Assembly (NCBI GenBank): GCA_964574985.1
Contig: CAZNPH010000015.1
Location: 42,206-106,205, forward strand
DNA length: 64,000 nucleotides
From: an uncultured Bacteroidaceae bacterium
GTDB lineage: Bacteria > Bacteroidota > Bacteroidia > Bacteroidales > SM23-62
Direction of reading: 5' to 3'
Under the pieces are notes generated by a model. It was not told the DNA's origin, ran no database searches, and was given only the letters and a program-made list of their open reading frames with translations. Below, piece after piece: positions 48,607-56,352 of the stretch. Every line of letters begins with the position of its first letter. The first letter of the stretch is position 1. A program made the translations under genes and the position numbers.

Positions 48607-49422
48607 ATGGCTTTACATGAGAAAGTCAGGCGGGTGACCACCCATGTGCTTCATGAAATGAAACTCAAGGGGGAGAAGATCGCCATGCTGACTGCCTATG
48701 ATTATTCACTGGCCAGGATCCTTGACCAGGCAGGGGTTGATGTTATTCTGGTGGGCGATTCGGCATCCAATGTGATGGCCGGTTATGATACCACCCTGCC
48801 TATCACGCTCGACCAAATGATCAACCATGCCTCAGCGGTGGTCAGGGCGGTATCACGTGCCCTGGTTGTCGTGGACCTTCCCTTCGGCGCCTATCAGGGC
48901 AATTCCAAGGAGGCTCTATCATCGGCCATCAGGATCATGAAGGAAACGGGCGCTCATGCCGTGAAGCTGGAGGGCGGGGAAGAGGTGGTTGAATCCGTTG
49001 TCAGGATCCTCTCTGCGGGAATACCGGTTATGGGGCATCTCGGACTCACCCCCCAGTCCATTCACAAGTTCGGGACTTACGTGGTCAGGGCACGCGATGA
49101 AAAGGAGGCCGAAAAACTGAGAAAAGATGTAAAAATCCTGGAAGAAACCGGTTGTTTTGGCATTGTTCTGGAGAAAATACCGGCCAGACTGGCTGCTGAA
49201 GTGACTGCCGGTTCGCGCATCCCGATGATCGGCATCGGTGCCGGCCCGGAAGTGGACGGACAGGTCCTGGTTCTGCATGACATGCTGGGGATTACCCAGG
49301 AGTTCTCCCCGCGATTCCTTCGCCGGTACCACAACCTCCATGCCGAGATCCTGGGTGCCGTGCAAAACTACATTACCGACGTGAGATCGGGTGATTTCCC
49401 CAATGAAAAGGAACAATACTGA
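48607..49422 (+). CDS. panB: 3-methyl-2-oxobutanoate hydroxymethyltransferase
   Basis: [25 protein letters not shown] and GHLGLTPQS are present. I set the start at ATG 48607 rather than the GTG at 48529. Confidence 0.9.
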   Translation: MALHEKVRRVTTHVLHEMKLKGEKIAMLTAYDYSLARILDQAGVDVILVGDSASNVMAGYDTTLPITLDQMINHASAVVRAVSRALVVVDLPFGAYQGNSKEALSSAIRIMKETGAHAVKLEGGEEVVESVVRILSAGIPVMGHLGLTPQSIHKFGTYVVRARDEKEAEKLRKDVKILEETGCFGIVLEKIPARLAAEVTAGSRIPMIGIGAGPEVDGQVLVLHDMLGITQEFSPRFLRRYHNLHAEILGAVQNYITDVRSGDFPNEKEQY

Positions 49423-50119
49423 TCCGGGTGCTTTGGATGTGATTTATGAAGACAATCACTTGCTGGCCCTGAACAAGAAAAGCGGTCAGATCGTCCAGGG
49501 GGACAAAACCGGCGATGTGAGTCTGTTTACCCTGGCCAAAGCTTACATCAAAGAAAAATATCAGAAACCGGGCAGGGTATTCCTCGGGGTGGTACACCGG
49601 CTGGACCGCCCGGTGAGCGGCTTGTTGCTGTATGCCCGGACATCGAAGTCCGTCACCCGTCTGAATGAGATGTTCCGGGAAAACCGCCCGGAAAAGGTTT
49701 ACTGGGCCATCGTACAGAACAAACCGCCGGCAGATGAAGGCACGCTTGAAAATTTCCTGAAAAAAGATCCGGGAAAGAATAAATCATTTGTTTGCCATAA
49801 AGATACCCCCGGGGCAAGGCATGCATCCATGACATACAGAATGGCGGGAGCATCTCAGCGGTATTGCCTGCTGGAGGTCCGTTTGCATACGGGAAGGCAT
49901 CATCAGATCAGGGTCCAGCTGGCCCATGTGGGCTGTCCGGTAAAGGGGGACCTCAAATACGGATATCCCCGGTCCAACAAAGACGGAAGCATTTCATTGC
50001 ATGCCCGGAAGATGTGTTTTATACACCCGGTGAGAAAAACGGAAATAAAACTGGTGGCTCCTGTCCCCGATGATCCGCTTTGGCTGGTTATGGAAAGAAT
50101 CGCGGGTCCGGTGCCGTAA
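49403..50119 (+). CDS. RluA-family pseudouridine synthase
   Basis: [26 protein letters not shown] and [11 protein letters not shown] are present. It overlaps the panB 3-prime end by 20 nt. Confidence 0.85.
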   Translation: MKRNNTDPGALDVIYEDNHLLALNKKSGQIVQGDKTGDVSLFTLAKAYIKEKYQKPGRVFLGVVHRLDRPVSGLLLYARTSKSVTRLNEMFRENRPEKVYWAIVQNKPPADEGTLENFLKKDPGKNKSFVCHKDTPGARHASMTYRMAGASQRYCLLEVRLHTGRHHQIRVQLAHVGCPVKGDLKYGYPRSNKDGSISLHARKMCFIHPVRKTEIKLVAPVPDDPLWLVMERIAGPVP

Positions 50120-50130
50120 AGATGAAAAAC

Positions 50131-51081
50131 TCATTTTTTTCTGCCCCGCAGCCAGATTTTTTGTCCGGGCCCGGGCTCCTGTCCCTGATCCATCCGGTTT
50201 CTTTTCAGCAACTTTTTCAGTTTGATGCCATATTGCTGTGCAATATCATACATGGTTTCTCCTTCGCCTGCGATATGGATGTCGTTTCCGATGGCCGCTT
50301 TGTTGCGTTTGGGCTGTAAATAAAGTGCCTGACCGGGAACAAGGTGTGAATCCATGGAAAGTTCATTGTATTTGGCCAGTTCGAAGGGCATGAGTTCCAT
50401 TTCGTCGGTCAGACTAACATAGGTGTCTCCTTCCTGTACAATGATATAGTCGATCCTGTTCCTTTCATATATTGTACGGCCTTCGACCCGGAAACCAAAA
50501 TCCGGGTCATCAATATCCGCCAGCTTCTTGCTTTGGTTTTCTTTCTTCCAGCGCGGTTTGATCCCTTCATCAAAGCGGTACAGCTCGTTTTCTTCGATGA
50601 TCCGGACAAGCATGGCGGAATATTTCCGGTTGGTTGCATATCCGGCTTTTTTCAGGCCTTTTGCCCATCCCCTGTAATCATTCGTTTTGAGCTCAAACAG
50701 TGCTGCATATCTGGGGGTATTCATCAGGAAATCGCTGTGGTCCCTGTAGGATTCGTACACGGAACGGTATTTTCTGAAACATTCTTTTTTTTCATCGTCG
50801 TCGTGCCTGATCTTTTTCCCCTGCCAGTCATGGCATTTGATCCCGAAATGATTTTTGGCTTTTACGGCCAGCCGGCTGTTGCCGTTGTCCGATTCCAGCA
50901 TACCCTGGGACAGGGTTATGCTGGCCGGGATCCCGCTTCTTTTCATTTCTTTCACGGCCAGTTCATGATACCGTTCGATATATTCCTGCTTTGAGGATGG
51001 ACGGGAGGACTGGGCCCAAATCCCTTCACGCGGGAACATGGTCAGGATCAGGGCCGTGATTATGGCGCATTTCCTGGGCAT
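50131..51081 (-). CDS. Peptidoglycan hydrolase: glucosaminidase (mannosyl-glycoprotein endo-beta-N-acetylglucosaminidase) domain plus two LysM domains
   Basis: 316 aa with a signal peptide. Glucosaminidase domain: ASITLSQGMLESDNGNSRLA...NHFGIKC. Two LysM-like units: YIIVQEGDTYVSL and HIAGEGETMYDIAQQYGI. Confidence 0.8.
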   Translation of the reverse strand: MPRKCAIITALILTMFPREGIWAQSSRPSSKQEYIERYHELAVKEMKRSGIPASITLSQGMLESDNGNSRLAVKAKNHFGIKCHDWQGKKIRHDDDEKKECFRKYRSVYESYRDHSDFLMNTPRYAALFELKTNDYRGWAKGLKKAGYATNRKYSAMLVRIIEENELYRFDEGIKPRWKKENQSKKLADIDDPDFGFRVEGRTIYERNRIDYIIVQEGDTYVSLTDEMELMPFELAKYNELSMDSHLVPGQALYLQPKRNKAAIGNDIHIAGEGETMYDIAQQYGIKLKKLLKRNRMDQGQEPGPGQKIWLRGRKK

Positions 51082-51117
51082 AGACCGGGATTTTTATTAG
51101 AAAATATTTTAGTTAAT

Positions 51118-51222
51118 CATATAATTATAAGCTTGTTACAATATCAGTTCAAAGGTTATGATTTTTTATTGCCGGCCACCCGCTTGCTTTCCACATGCCG
51201 GGCCGGCGAACCCCCATTTGTC
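51118..51222. repeat. Intergenic ~105-nt hairpin module, copy A
   Basis: It aligns to 63786-63891 with 59/66 identities over the first 66 nt (my manual alignment). It then has a GCCGGCC / GGCCGGC stem (51171-51177 / 51201-51207) closing a 23-nt non-conserved loop, followed by the shared GGCCGGCGA..CCCCATTTGT. Confidence 0.8.
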
Positions 51223-51266
51223 TTCAACCGAAGGCAAACTGCCGGATCGGTGATGGGGGTTTCCTG

Positions 51267-51274
51267 CAAAATTA
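51267..51274 (-). promoter_or_regulatory. Candidate Bacteroidota -7 promoter box TAATTTTG (minus strand)
   Basis: The reverse complement of CAAAATTA matches TAnnTTTG perfectly. It lies 6 nt upstream of the structured segment that precedes repeat copy A and the glucosaminidase gene. There is no clear -33 TTTG. Confidence 0.35.
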
Positions 51275-51314
51275 TAATATAACGAATGAAAAACCGGAAT
51301 AGTTATGAACAGGG

Positions 51315-52271
51315 TTAGACAAACCTGTCTTCTTTTCTGAAACTGAATCCTTTCAGAAATTCACCGGCAGGCAATGATTTTTTGCCGGACTGCTGAAGGG
51401 TTTTGATGATCAGACAGTTTTTGCCCGTGATGACCCTGAGGCGGTTGTCCGTTCCGGAAAGAACGGTTCCGGGCGGATCCCGCAGGGAGCAGGATTCCGT
51501 TTCGGCAAAAAATATTTTGAAAACGATCCTTGCTCCATCTTTTCTGTGCAATTCCGTCCATGCGCCGGGAAAAGGACTGAGTCCGCGTACAAAATTATAA
51601 AGGTCTCCGGCGGGGCGGGTCCATTTTATCCGGCAGGCATCATGGCTTAGTCTGGGTGCCTTTTTGGGTGGTGATTTCCCGGCGTTTATTCCGGATTGCG
51701 GGATTCTTTTGAAGGTCCCCCCGGAAATCGCCTGCACGGTCCTCAGAAGCAGGTCCGCTCCCCGGATCATCATTCTGTCATGAAGGCCTCCGGCTGTTTC
51801 CGTATCTCCGATCTCAACGGGCTCCTGCATAATGACTTCTCCCTTGTCCATTTCATGGTCAATAAAAAAAGTGGTCAGTCCGGTCACTTTCTCCCCGTTC
51901 ATGATGGCATGGTTGATCGGCGCTGCTCCCCGGTAATGGGGAAGCAATGAGGCATGCAGGTTGACGGTGCCGTATTCGGGAATTGACCATACCGTTTCGG
52001 GAAGCATACGGAAAGCGACCACGACAAAGAGATTGGCCCCGATTGCCCTGAGTTCCCGGTTGAAACCGGGATCTTTGAGATTTTCCGGCTGCAGGATCCT
52101 CAATCCGTGCCTGGAAGCATATTGTTTTACTGGAGATTCCCGGATCCTGAGTCCGCGCCCCGCGGGCTTATCGGTTGCCGTGATCACCGCACCGGTCCGG
52201 AAACCGTTTTTTATCAGTATATCCAGGGAGGGGACGGCGAATTCCGGTGTGCCCATGAACACGATATGCAT
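51315..52271 (-). CDS. fmt: Methionyl-tRNA formyltransferase
   Basis: MHIVFMGTPEFAVPSL, VVVAFRMLP and NLHASLLPHYRGAAPI are present. I set the start at ATG 52271. Confidence 0.9.
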   Translation of the reverse strand: MHIVFMGTPEFAVPSLDILIKNGFRTGAVITATDKPAGRGLRIRESPVKQYASRHGLRILQPENLKDPGFNRELRAIGANLFVVVAFRMLPETVWSIPEYGTVNLHASLLPHYRGAAPINHAIMNGEKVTGLTTFFIDHEMDKGEVIMQEPVEIGDTETAGGLHDRMMIRGADLLLRTVQAISGGTFKRIPQSGINAGKSPPKKAPRLSHDACRIKWTRPAGDLYNFVRGLSPFPGAWTELHRKDGARIVFKIFFAETESCSLRDPPGTVLSGTDNRLRVITGKNCLIIKTLQQSGKKSLPAGEFLKGFSFRKEDRFV

Positions 52272-52382
52272 TTTTTCCCTGCCCATAAAACAAATGTAAC
52301 AATAATCCTGAAGTATGGCTGCACGGGGCCTGAATCGGTTTTTCTTTTCATTTATCCCGGTTTTCATTATTTTTGAGACCGG

Positions 52383-53210
52383 ATGAACCAGCTCATGATC
52401 GAGAAATACCTGTCCTCCCTGATCGATGAATTTGAGGGCCTGTTTTTTAAGGCAACCGAAAGCACTTCGGAAGAGCAGGTGACCCGTTTTTTACTGACCC
52501 TGCGTAAAATATTTTCTCTTTATTCTTTTCTGCATTTTGCCAGGATCCAGCGGGATCAGAACGGGCAGCATTTCAAACAACTGAAATCCCTGCATGCCAG
52601 GGCTGCAAAACTTCATGATTTTCATCAGTCCATTAAAATGCTGGAGGGTTATCAGGCAAAAACAGGCGTGTCCTATCCCGATTACATGAAGTTTCTGCTT
52701 GAAAGTGAACAGGATGCTCAGAAAGCGTTTATCAAGGGAACCGCCGATTACTCTTTCCTGAGCCATGACCGGCTGATCAGCGATACCGGGCAGGTTATGA
52801 AGCATTTCCCCGCCCACAAGATAGACAAAAAGGGTTTTGATTTTTTAAACTCCCGGATCGATCAGGTGATCCCGGCTTTTCAGGACAAGGGGCTGAAAAA
52901 AAACATGCCCGGGATGCTGGCCCTTGTGTACGAACTGCATGATTTTATTGTCATGCTCCGCGAAAGTACACAATTTCAGGAAGCGGTGAAGCTTTCCCCG
53001 GTCATGGAAGAAATGGAGAAATGGGATATCAGGCATAAATCCCTGGAGGAGATTTCCCGTTATATTAAAATTTCGGGGATGATGACCCTGAAAGACCTTT
53101 CCGCAGTGTTTGCCCTGTATCGTGAATACCTTACCGCCGGGATGGATCAAAGCATTGAGCATTTGAAGACTGCCATACCCCGGGAATTATCCGCTGTGGA
53201 AATTTTGTAA
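52383..53210 (+). CDS. Hypothetical helical protein (possibly CHAD-like)
   Basis: 275 aa, helix-rich and His-rich, with R-x-x-R-K segments (RFLLTLRKI, LHDFIVMLRE). The family assignment is speculative. Confidence 0.4.
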   Translation: MNQLMIEKYLSSLIDEFEGLFFKATESTSEEQVTRFLLTLRKIFSLYSFLHFARIQRDQNGQHFKQLKSLHARAAKLHDFHQSIKMLEGYQAKTGVSYPDYMKFLLESEQDAQKAFIKGTADYSFLSHDRLISDTGQVMKHFPAHKIDKKGFDFLNSRIDQVIPAFQDKGLKKNMPGMLALVYELHDFIVMLRESTQFQEAVKLSPVMEEMEKWDIRHKSLEEISRYIKISGMMTLKDLSAVFALYREYLTAGMDQSIEHLKTAIPRELSAVEIL

Positions 53211-53457
53211 CTTCATTTTACCGGATATTATTTGTTGTTCCGGATTACCATCCGTTCTGAGCGGTTACTACCATATGTAATACAGACCGGTTACTCCCTT
53301 GTAATATAGAATCCTTATAAATTACATGTATTTAATATTGTTATAATATTTTGATAGGGGTATATATAATAAGGGGTATGCAAAAAAATATATATAATAT
53401 ATTTTAAATACCCCCCTTAAAAATATATTTATATAATAAAAATAATAAAAAAATACG

Positions 53458-53465
53458 TATCTTTG
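53458..53465 (+). promoter_or_regulatory. Candidate -7 promoter box TATCTTTG upstream of glnA
   Basis: It matches TAnnTTTG perfectly and ends 36 nt before the glnA ATG. No convincing -33 box is present. Confidence 0.35.
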
Positions 53466-53501
53466 TCTTTCAATTAAAACACATTTTTATTCAAACAAAA
53501 A

Positions 53502-54935
53502 ATGAACAACATGGAGGAGCTAAAATCACCCAAGGATTTTTTTGAATTTGCCAGGAGAAACGGAGCGGAGATGGTTGATTTGAAATTCACGGACCTGCTC
53601 GGAACCTGGCAGCATTGCTCTTTCCCGGTGGAAACATGGGATGAAGGCACTTTTCGGGATGGTGTTGGTTTCGATGGATCATCCATCCGGGGGTGGCAGG
53701 GCATCCATCAGTCGGATATGCTGGCTGTGCCTGATTATAAAACCACCCTGATGGATCCCTTTTTCCGGGAACCTACAGTCAGCGTAATCGCCAACATCGT
53801 GGACCCGGTGACCCGGGAAAAATACAGCCGGGATCCAAGGCATGTGGCTCAGAAAGGTATCGAATACCTGAGGGAATCTGGCGTGGCAGATACCTGTTAC
53901 ATCGGCCCCGAACCGGAATTCTTTATTTTTGATGAGGTCCGTTACGATCAGACACAGAACATGGCTTTTTATCAGATCGATTCGGTGGAAGGTGCATGGA
54001 ATACCAACAGGATCGAAGAACCGAACCTGGGATACAAACCCGGATATAAGGGAGGGTATTTCCCGGTTAGTCCGACCGATACCTACGGGGACATGAGGAC
54101 CGATATGGTCAATGCCATGCGCAGACTGGGCATCGTGGTGGAAGCCCACCACCATGAAGTGGGAACCGGCGGCCAGGGTGAGATCGATATGCAATACCGG
54201 GATTTGCTGACCATGTCTGACCAGTTCATGTGGTTCAAATATGTTATCAAGAATGTGGCCAAACAAAACGGTAAAACCGTTACATTCATGCCAAAACCGA
54301 TTTTCGAGGACAATGGCAGCGGAATGCATACCCATTTTTCACTCTGGAAGAACAATACCAATATTTTTGCAGGAAAGGATTATGCCGGATTGACCCGGGA
54401 TGCTTTGTGGGGCATTGGCGGTTTGCTCAAGCATGCGGCGGCTGTTCTCGCTTTTGCGGCCCCCACGGTGAATTCTTACCGGAGGCTGGTGCCGGGATTT
54501 GAAGCCCCTGTCAATCTTGCATATTCACAGAGGAACCGTTCCGCGGCAGTGAGGATACCCATGTACCATGGCAGTCCGAAAGCAAAAAGGTTTGAATTCC
54601 GCTGTCCCGATCCCAGTTGCAACGGGTACCTGATGTTTACGTCCATGCTGATGGCCGTTATGGACGGGATCAGGAACAAGATCGAACCGGGGGACCCCCT
54701 GGATAAGGACATATATGCCATGACCGTGGAAGAATTGATGAAAACGCCCAAAGTTCCGGGTAACCTGGGGGAAGCCCTCGATGAACTGGAAGCGGACCAT
54801 GATTTCCTGCTGGAAGGAAATGTATTTACAGAAGACCTGATCGAGACGTACATACAATACAAACGCGAAAACGAACTCAATCAGATGGCCCTGCGTCCGC
54901 ATCCCTATGAGTTTTTCCTGTATTACGACTGTTGA
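53502..54935 (+). CDS. glnA: Glutamine synthetase, type I
   Basis: 477 aa. [62 protein letters not shown] and the C-terminal [11 protein letters not shown] are present. Confidence 0.92.
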   Translation: MNNMEELKSPKDFFEFARRNGAEMVDLKFTDLLGTWQHCSFPVETWDEGTFRDGVGFDGSSIRGWQGIHQSDMLAVPDYKTTLMDPFFREPTVSVIANIVDPVTREKYSRDPRHVAQKGIEYLRESGVADTCYIGPEPEFFIFDEVRYDQTQNMAFYQIDSVEGAWNTNRIEEPNLGYKPGYKGGYFPVSPTDTYGDMRTDMVNAMRRLGIVVEAHHHEVGTGGQGEIDMQYRDLLTMSDQFMWFKYVIKNVAKQNGKTVTFMPKPIFEDNGSGMHTHFSLWKNNTNIFAGKDYAGLTRDALWGIGGLLKHAAAVLAFAAPTVNSYRRLVPGFEAPVNLAYSQRNRSAAVRIPMYHGSPKAKRFEFRCPDPSCNGYLMFTSMLMAVMDGIRNKIEPGDPLDKDIYAMTVEELMKTPKVPGNLGEALDELEADHDFLLEGNVFTEDLIETYIQYKRENELNQMALRPHPYEFFLYYDC

Positions 54936-54966
54936 TGTTCAGGCAGTGGATTTTGTGATTGATGAG

Positions 54967-55007
54967 GGACAGCCGTCCGGCAAAGGCAGTAGATCGGGCG
55001 GCTGTCC
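54967..55007 (+). terminator. Hairpin between convergent glnA and the MBL remnant (candidate terminator)
   Basis: A perfect 9-bp stem, GGACAGCCG (54967-54975) / CGGCTGTCC (54999-55007), closes a 23-nt loop. The downstream TATCATTATT is only moderately T-rich. Confidence 0.4.
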
Positions 55008-55012
55008 TATCA

Positions 55013-55625
55013 TTATTCGATCTCACTGGTTTTGATCTGCTTGCCGACGCCTATCCTGATGTAATTTTTCCCGAAGCTTTCCCGAAACTGTCCGATGGCT
55101 TTGTCTCCTGTGCAGTGGCTGGGAGAAACATAACGTACACCCTGTTTTTCCTTCATTTCGGAGACGATTTCCCGTATTTCAGGATTTGATTTGCTGATCA
55201 GATGAAAGCCTCCCAGGACCAGCAGCGGTTCTTCCCCTGTCAGATCCTTCATGCGGTCAACAATATTGGTAATGCCCGGATGTGCACAACCAGTAATGAG
55301 CACCGGGCCGGACGGGGTTTTGATGATCAGTGACTGTTCCTTGATCATAAATCCCATTTCTCCGGTGGTCATAACATTATCCGTCATCATTGCCCGTATC
55401 AAACAAAATGGTCTTTCCCGGTCCTTCGATCAGGCAGGCGAAGCCCCAGCCTGTGGACAATCCTCCCTTGTACGTATAATTGTCATACAAAATGGTAATG
55501 ACAACTTCTTTTTTTTCATCCTGTATGTTTCCCGGAATACCGGCTTCGGCGGAAACGGCCTGAAGGGTAATCAACCATAAAAGGAAGGAAGAGAAGAAAC
55601 GGAAACATTGAATTGATGGTATCAC
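55013..55625 (-). pseudogene. MBL-fold metallo-hydrolase remnant split into two ORFs, with the HxHxDH region missing
   Basis: The N-piece ...VVITILYDNYTYKGGLSTGWGFACLIEGPGKTILFDTGNDDG stops. The C-piece resumes with ...LIIKTPSGPVLITGCAHPGITNIV...LVLGGFHL. No HxHxDH motif is present in either piece. Confidence 0.6.
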
Positions 55626-55688
55626 GATATGTTGGATTTACATGGATTGAAATGAAATGCATCCTTTTTAACAAAATTCGGCAAAAAT

Positions 55689-55721
55689 TTTGAACAGTTC
55701 CGAATATTGGATATATTTTTG
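55689..55721 (+). promoter_or_regulatory. Bacteroidota-type promoter TTTG-N21-TATTTTTG upstream of the MORN-repeat gene
   Basis: TTTG at 55689-55692, a 21-nt spacer, and TATTTTTG at 55714-55721 (matches TAnnTTTG). The box ends 29 nt before ATG 55751. Confidence 0.5.
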
Positions 55722-55750
55722 ATCAGAATAGAAACAAAATCGATGGAATC

Positions 55751-56266
55751 ATGAGAAAAGCAGACCGGATATTTTTAAAGCGGAAGGGGGATCTTCTTTA
55801 TTACGGAGGCGAGGACCGGCCTTTTACCGGAGAATATACTTATTATTACCAGGACGGAACAAAAGCGGAATGTGCCCAGGTCAAAGAAGGAATGCTCCAT
55901 GGCAAACTGGTCATCTGGAATGAACAGGGGATAAAAATATGTGAAGCGGAATATAAGGAAGGAAAGAAGTACGGAAAGGTCATGATGTGGTATGAGAACG
56001 GTGAAAAAAAATCGGAGTTCAATCTGGAAAATGAAAAAAGACAAGGCAGCGTGCTTATGTGGTACCGGAACGGACAAAAGAAATTCGAAGCAAATTACAA
56101 GGATGACAAGTTGCACGGGGAACAGAAAAAATGGTATTCCAACGGCCAAATAAACATTCAGGCCCAATACAAGAATGATCTTGCGGAGGGAAGAAAGAAG
56201 GTTTGGAAGCCTGACGGGGAGCTGTTTCTGGATGCAAACTATCAGCGGGGCGAACCCGTTTCGTGA
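55751..56266 (+). CDS. MORN-repeat-variant / YwqK-like repeat protein
   Basis: 171 aa with tandem units: GKLVIWNEQG, GKVMMWYENGEKK, GSVLMWYRNGQKK and GEQKKWYSNGQ. Confidence 0.7.
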   Translation: MRKADRIFLKRKGDLLYYGGEDRPFTGEYTYYYQDGTKAECAQVKEGMLHGKLVIWNEQGIKICEAEYKEGKKYGKVMMWYENGEKKSEFNLENEKRQGSVLMWYRNGQKKFEANYKDDKLHGEQKKWYSNGQINIQAQYKNDLAEGRKKVWKPDGELFLDANYQRGEPVS

Positions 56267-56352
56267 GCCGGATGCCGGCAACAAAAGAACCTAATGTTAA
56301 AACCATCATTATAAAGTACTAAAAATTTAATTGTTAATATAAATATATTTGA

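Noticed and set aside
51171-51207. The GC hairpins of the repeated module (also 63839-63875) considered as intrinsic terminators of fmt and of the gene at the right window edge.
   Set aside because: On the minus strand the hairpin is followed by an A-rich tract. On the plus strand the T-run precedes the stem instead of following it. Neither orientation has the canonical stem plus U-tract, so I kept them as part of the repeat finding.
53330-53450. AT-rich repeats (ATATATA, GGGGTAT boxes) considered as a CRISPR-like or tandem-repeat array.
   Set aside because: There are no regularly spaced repeats of CRISPR length and no cas genes. The units are 7-9 nt and irregularly spaced, which fits regulatory DNA upstream of glnA better.
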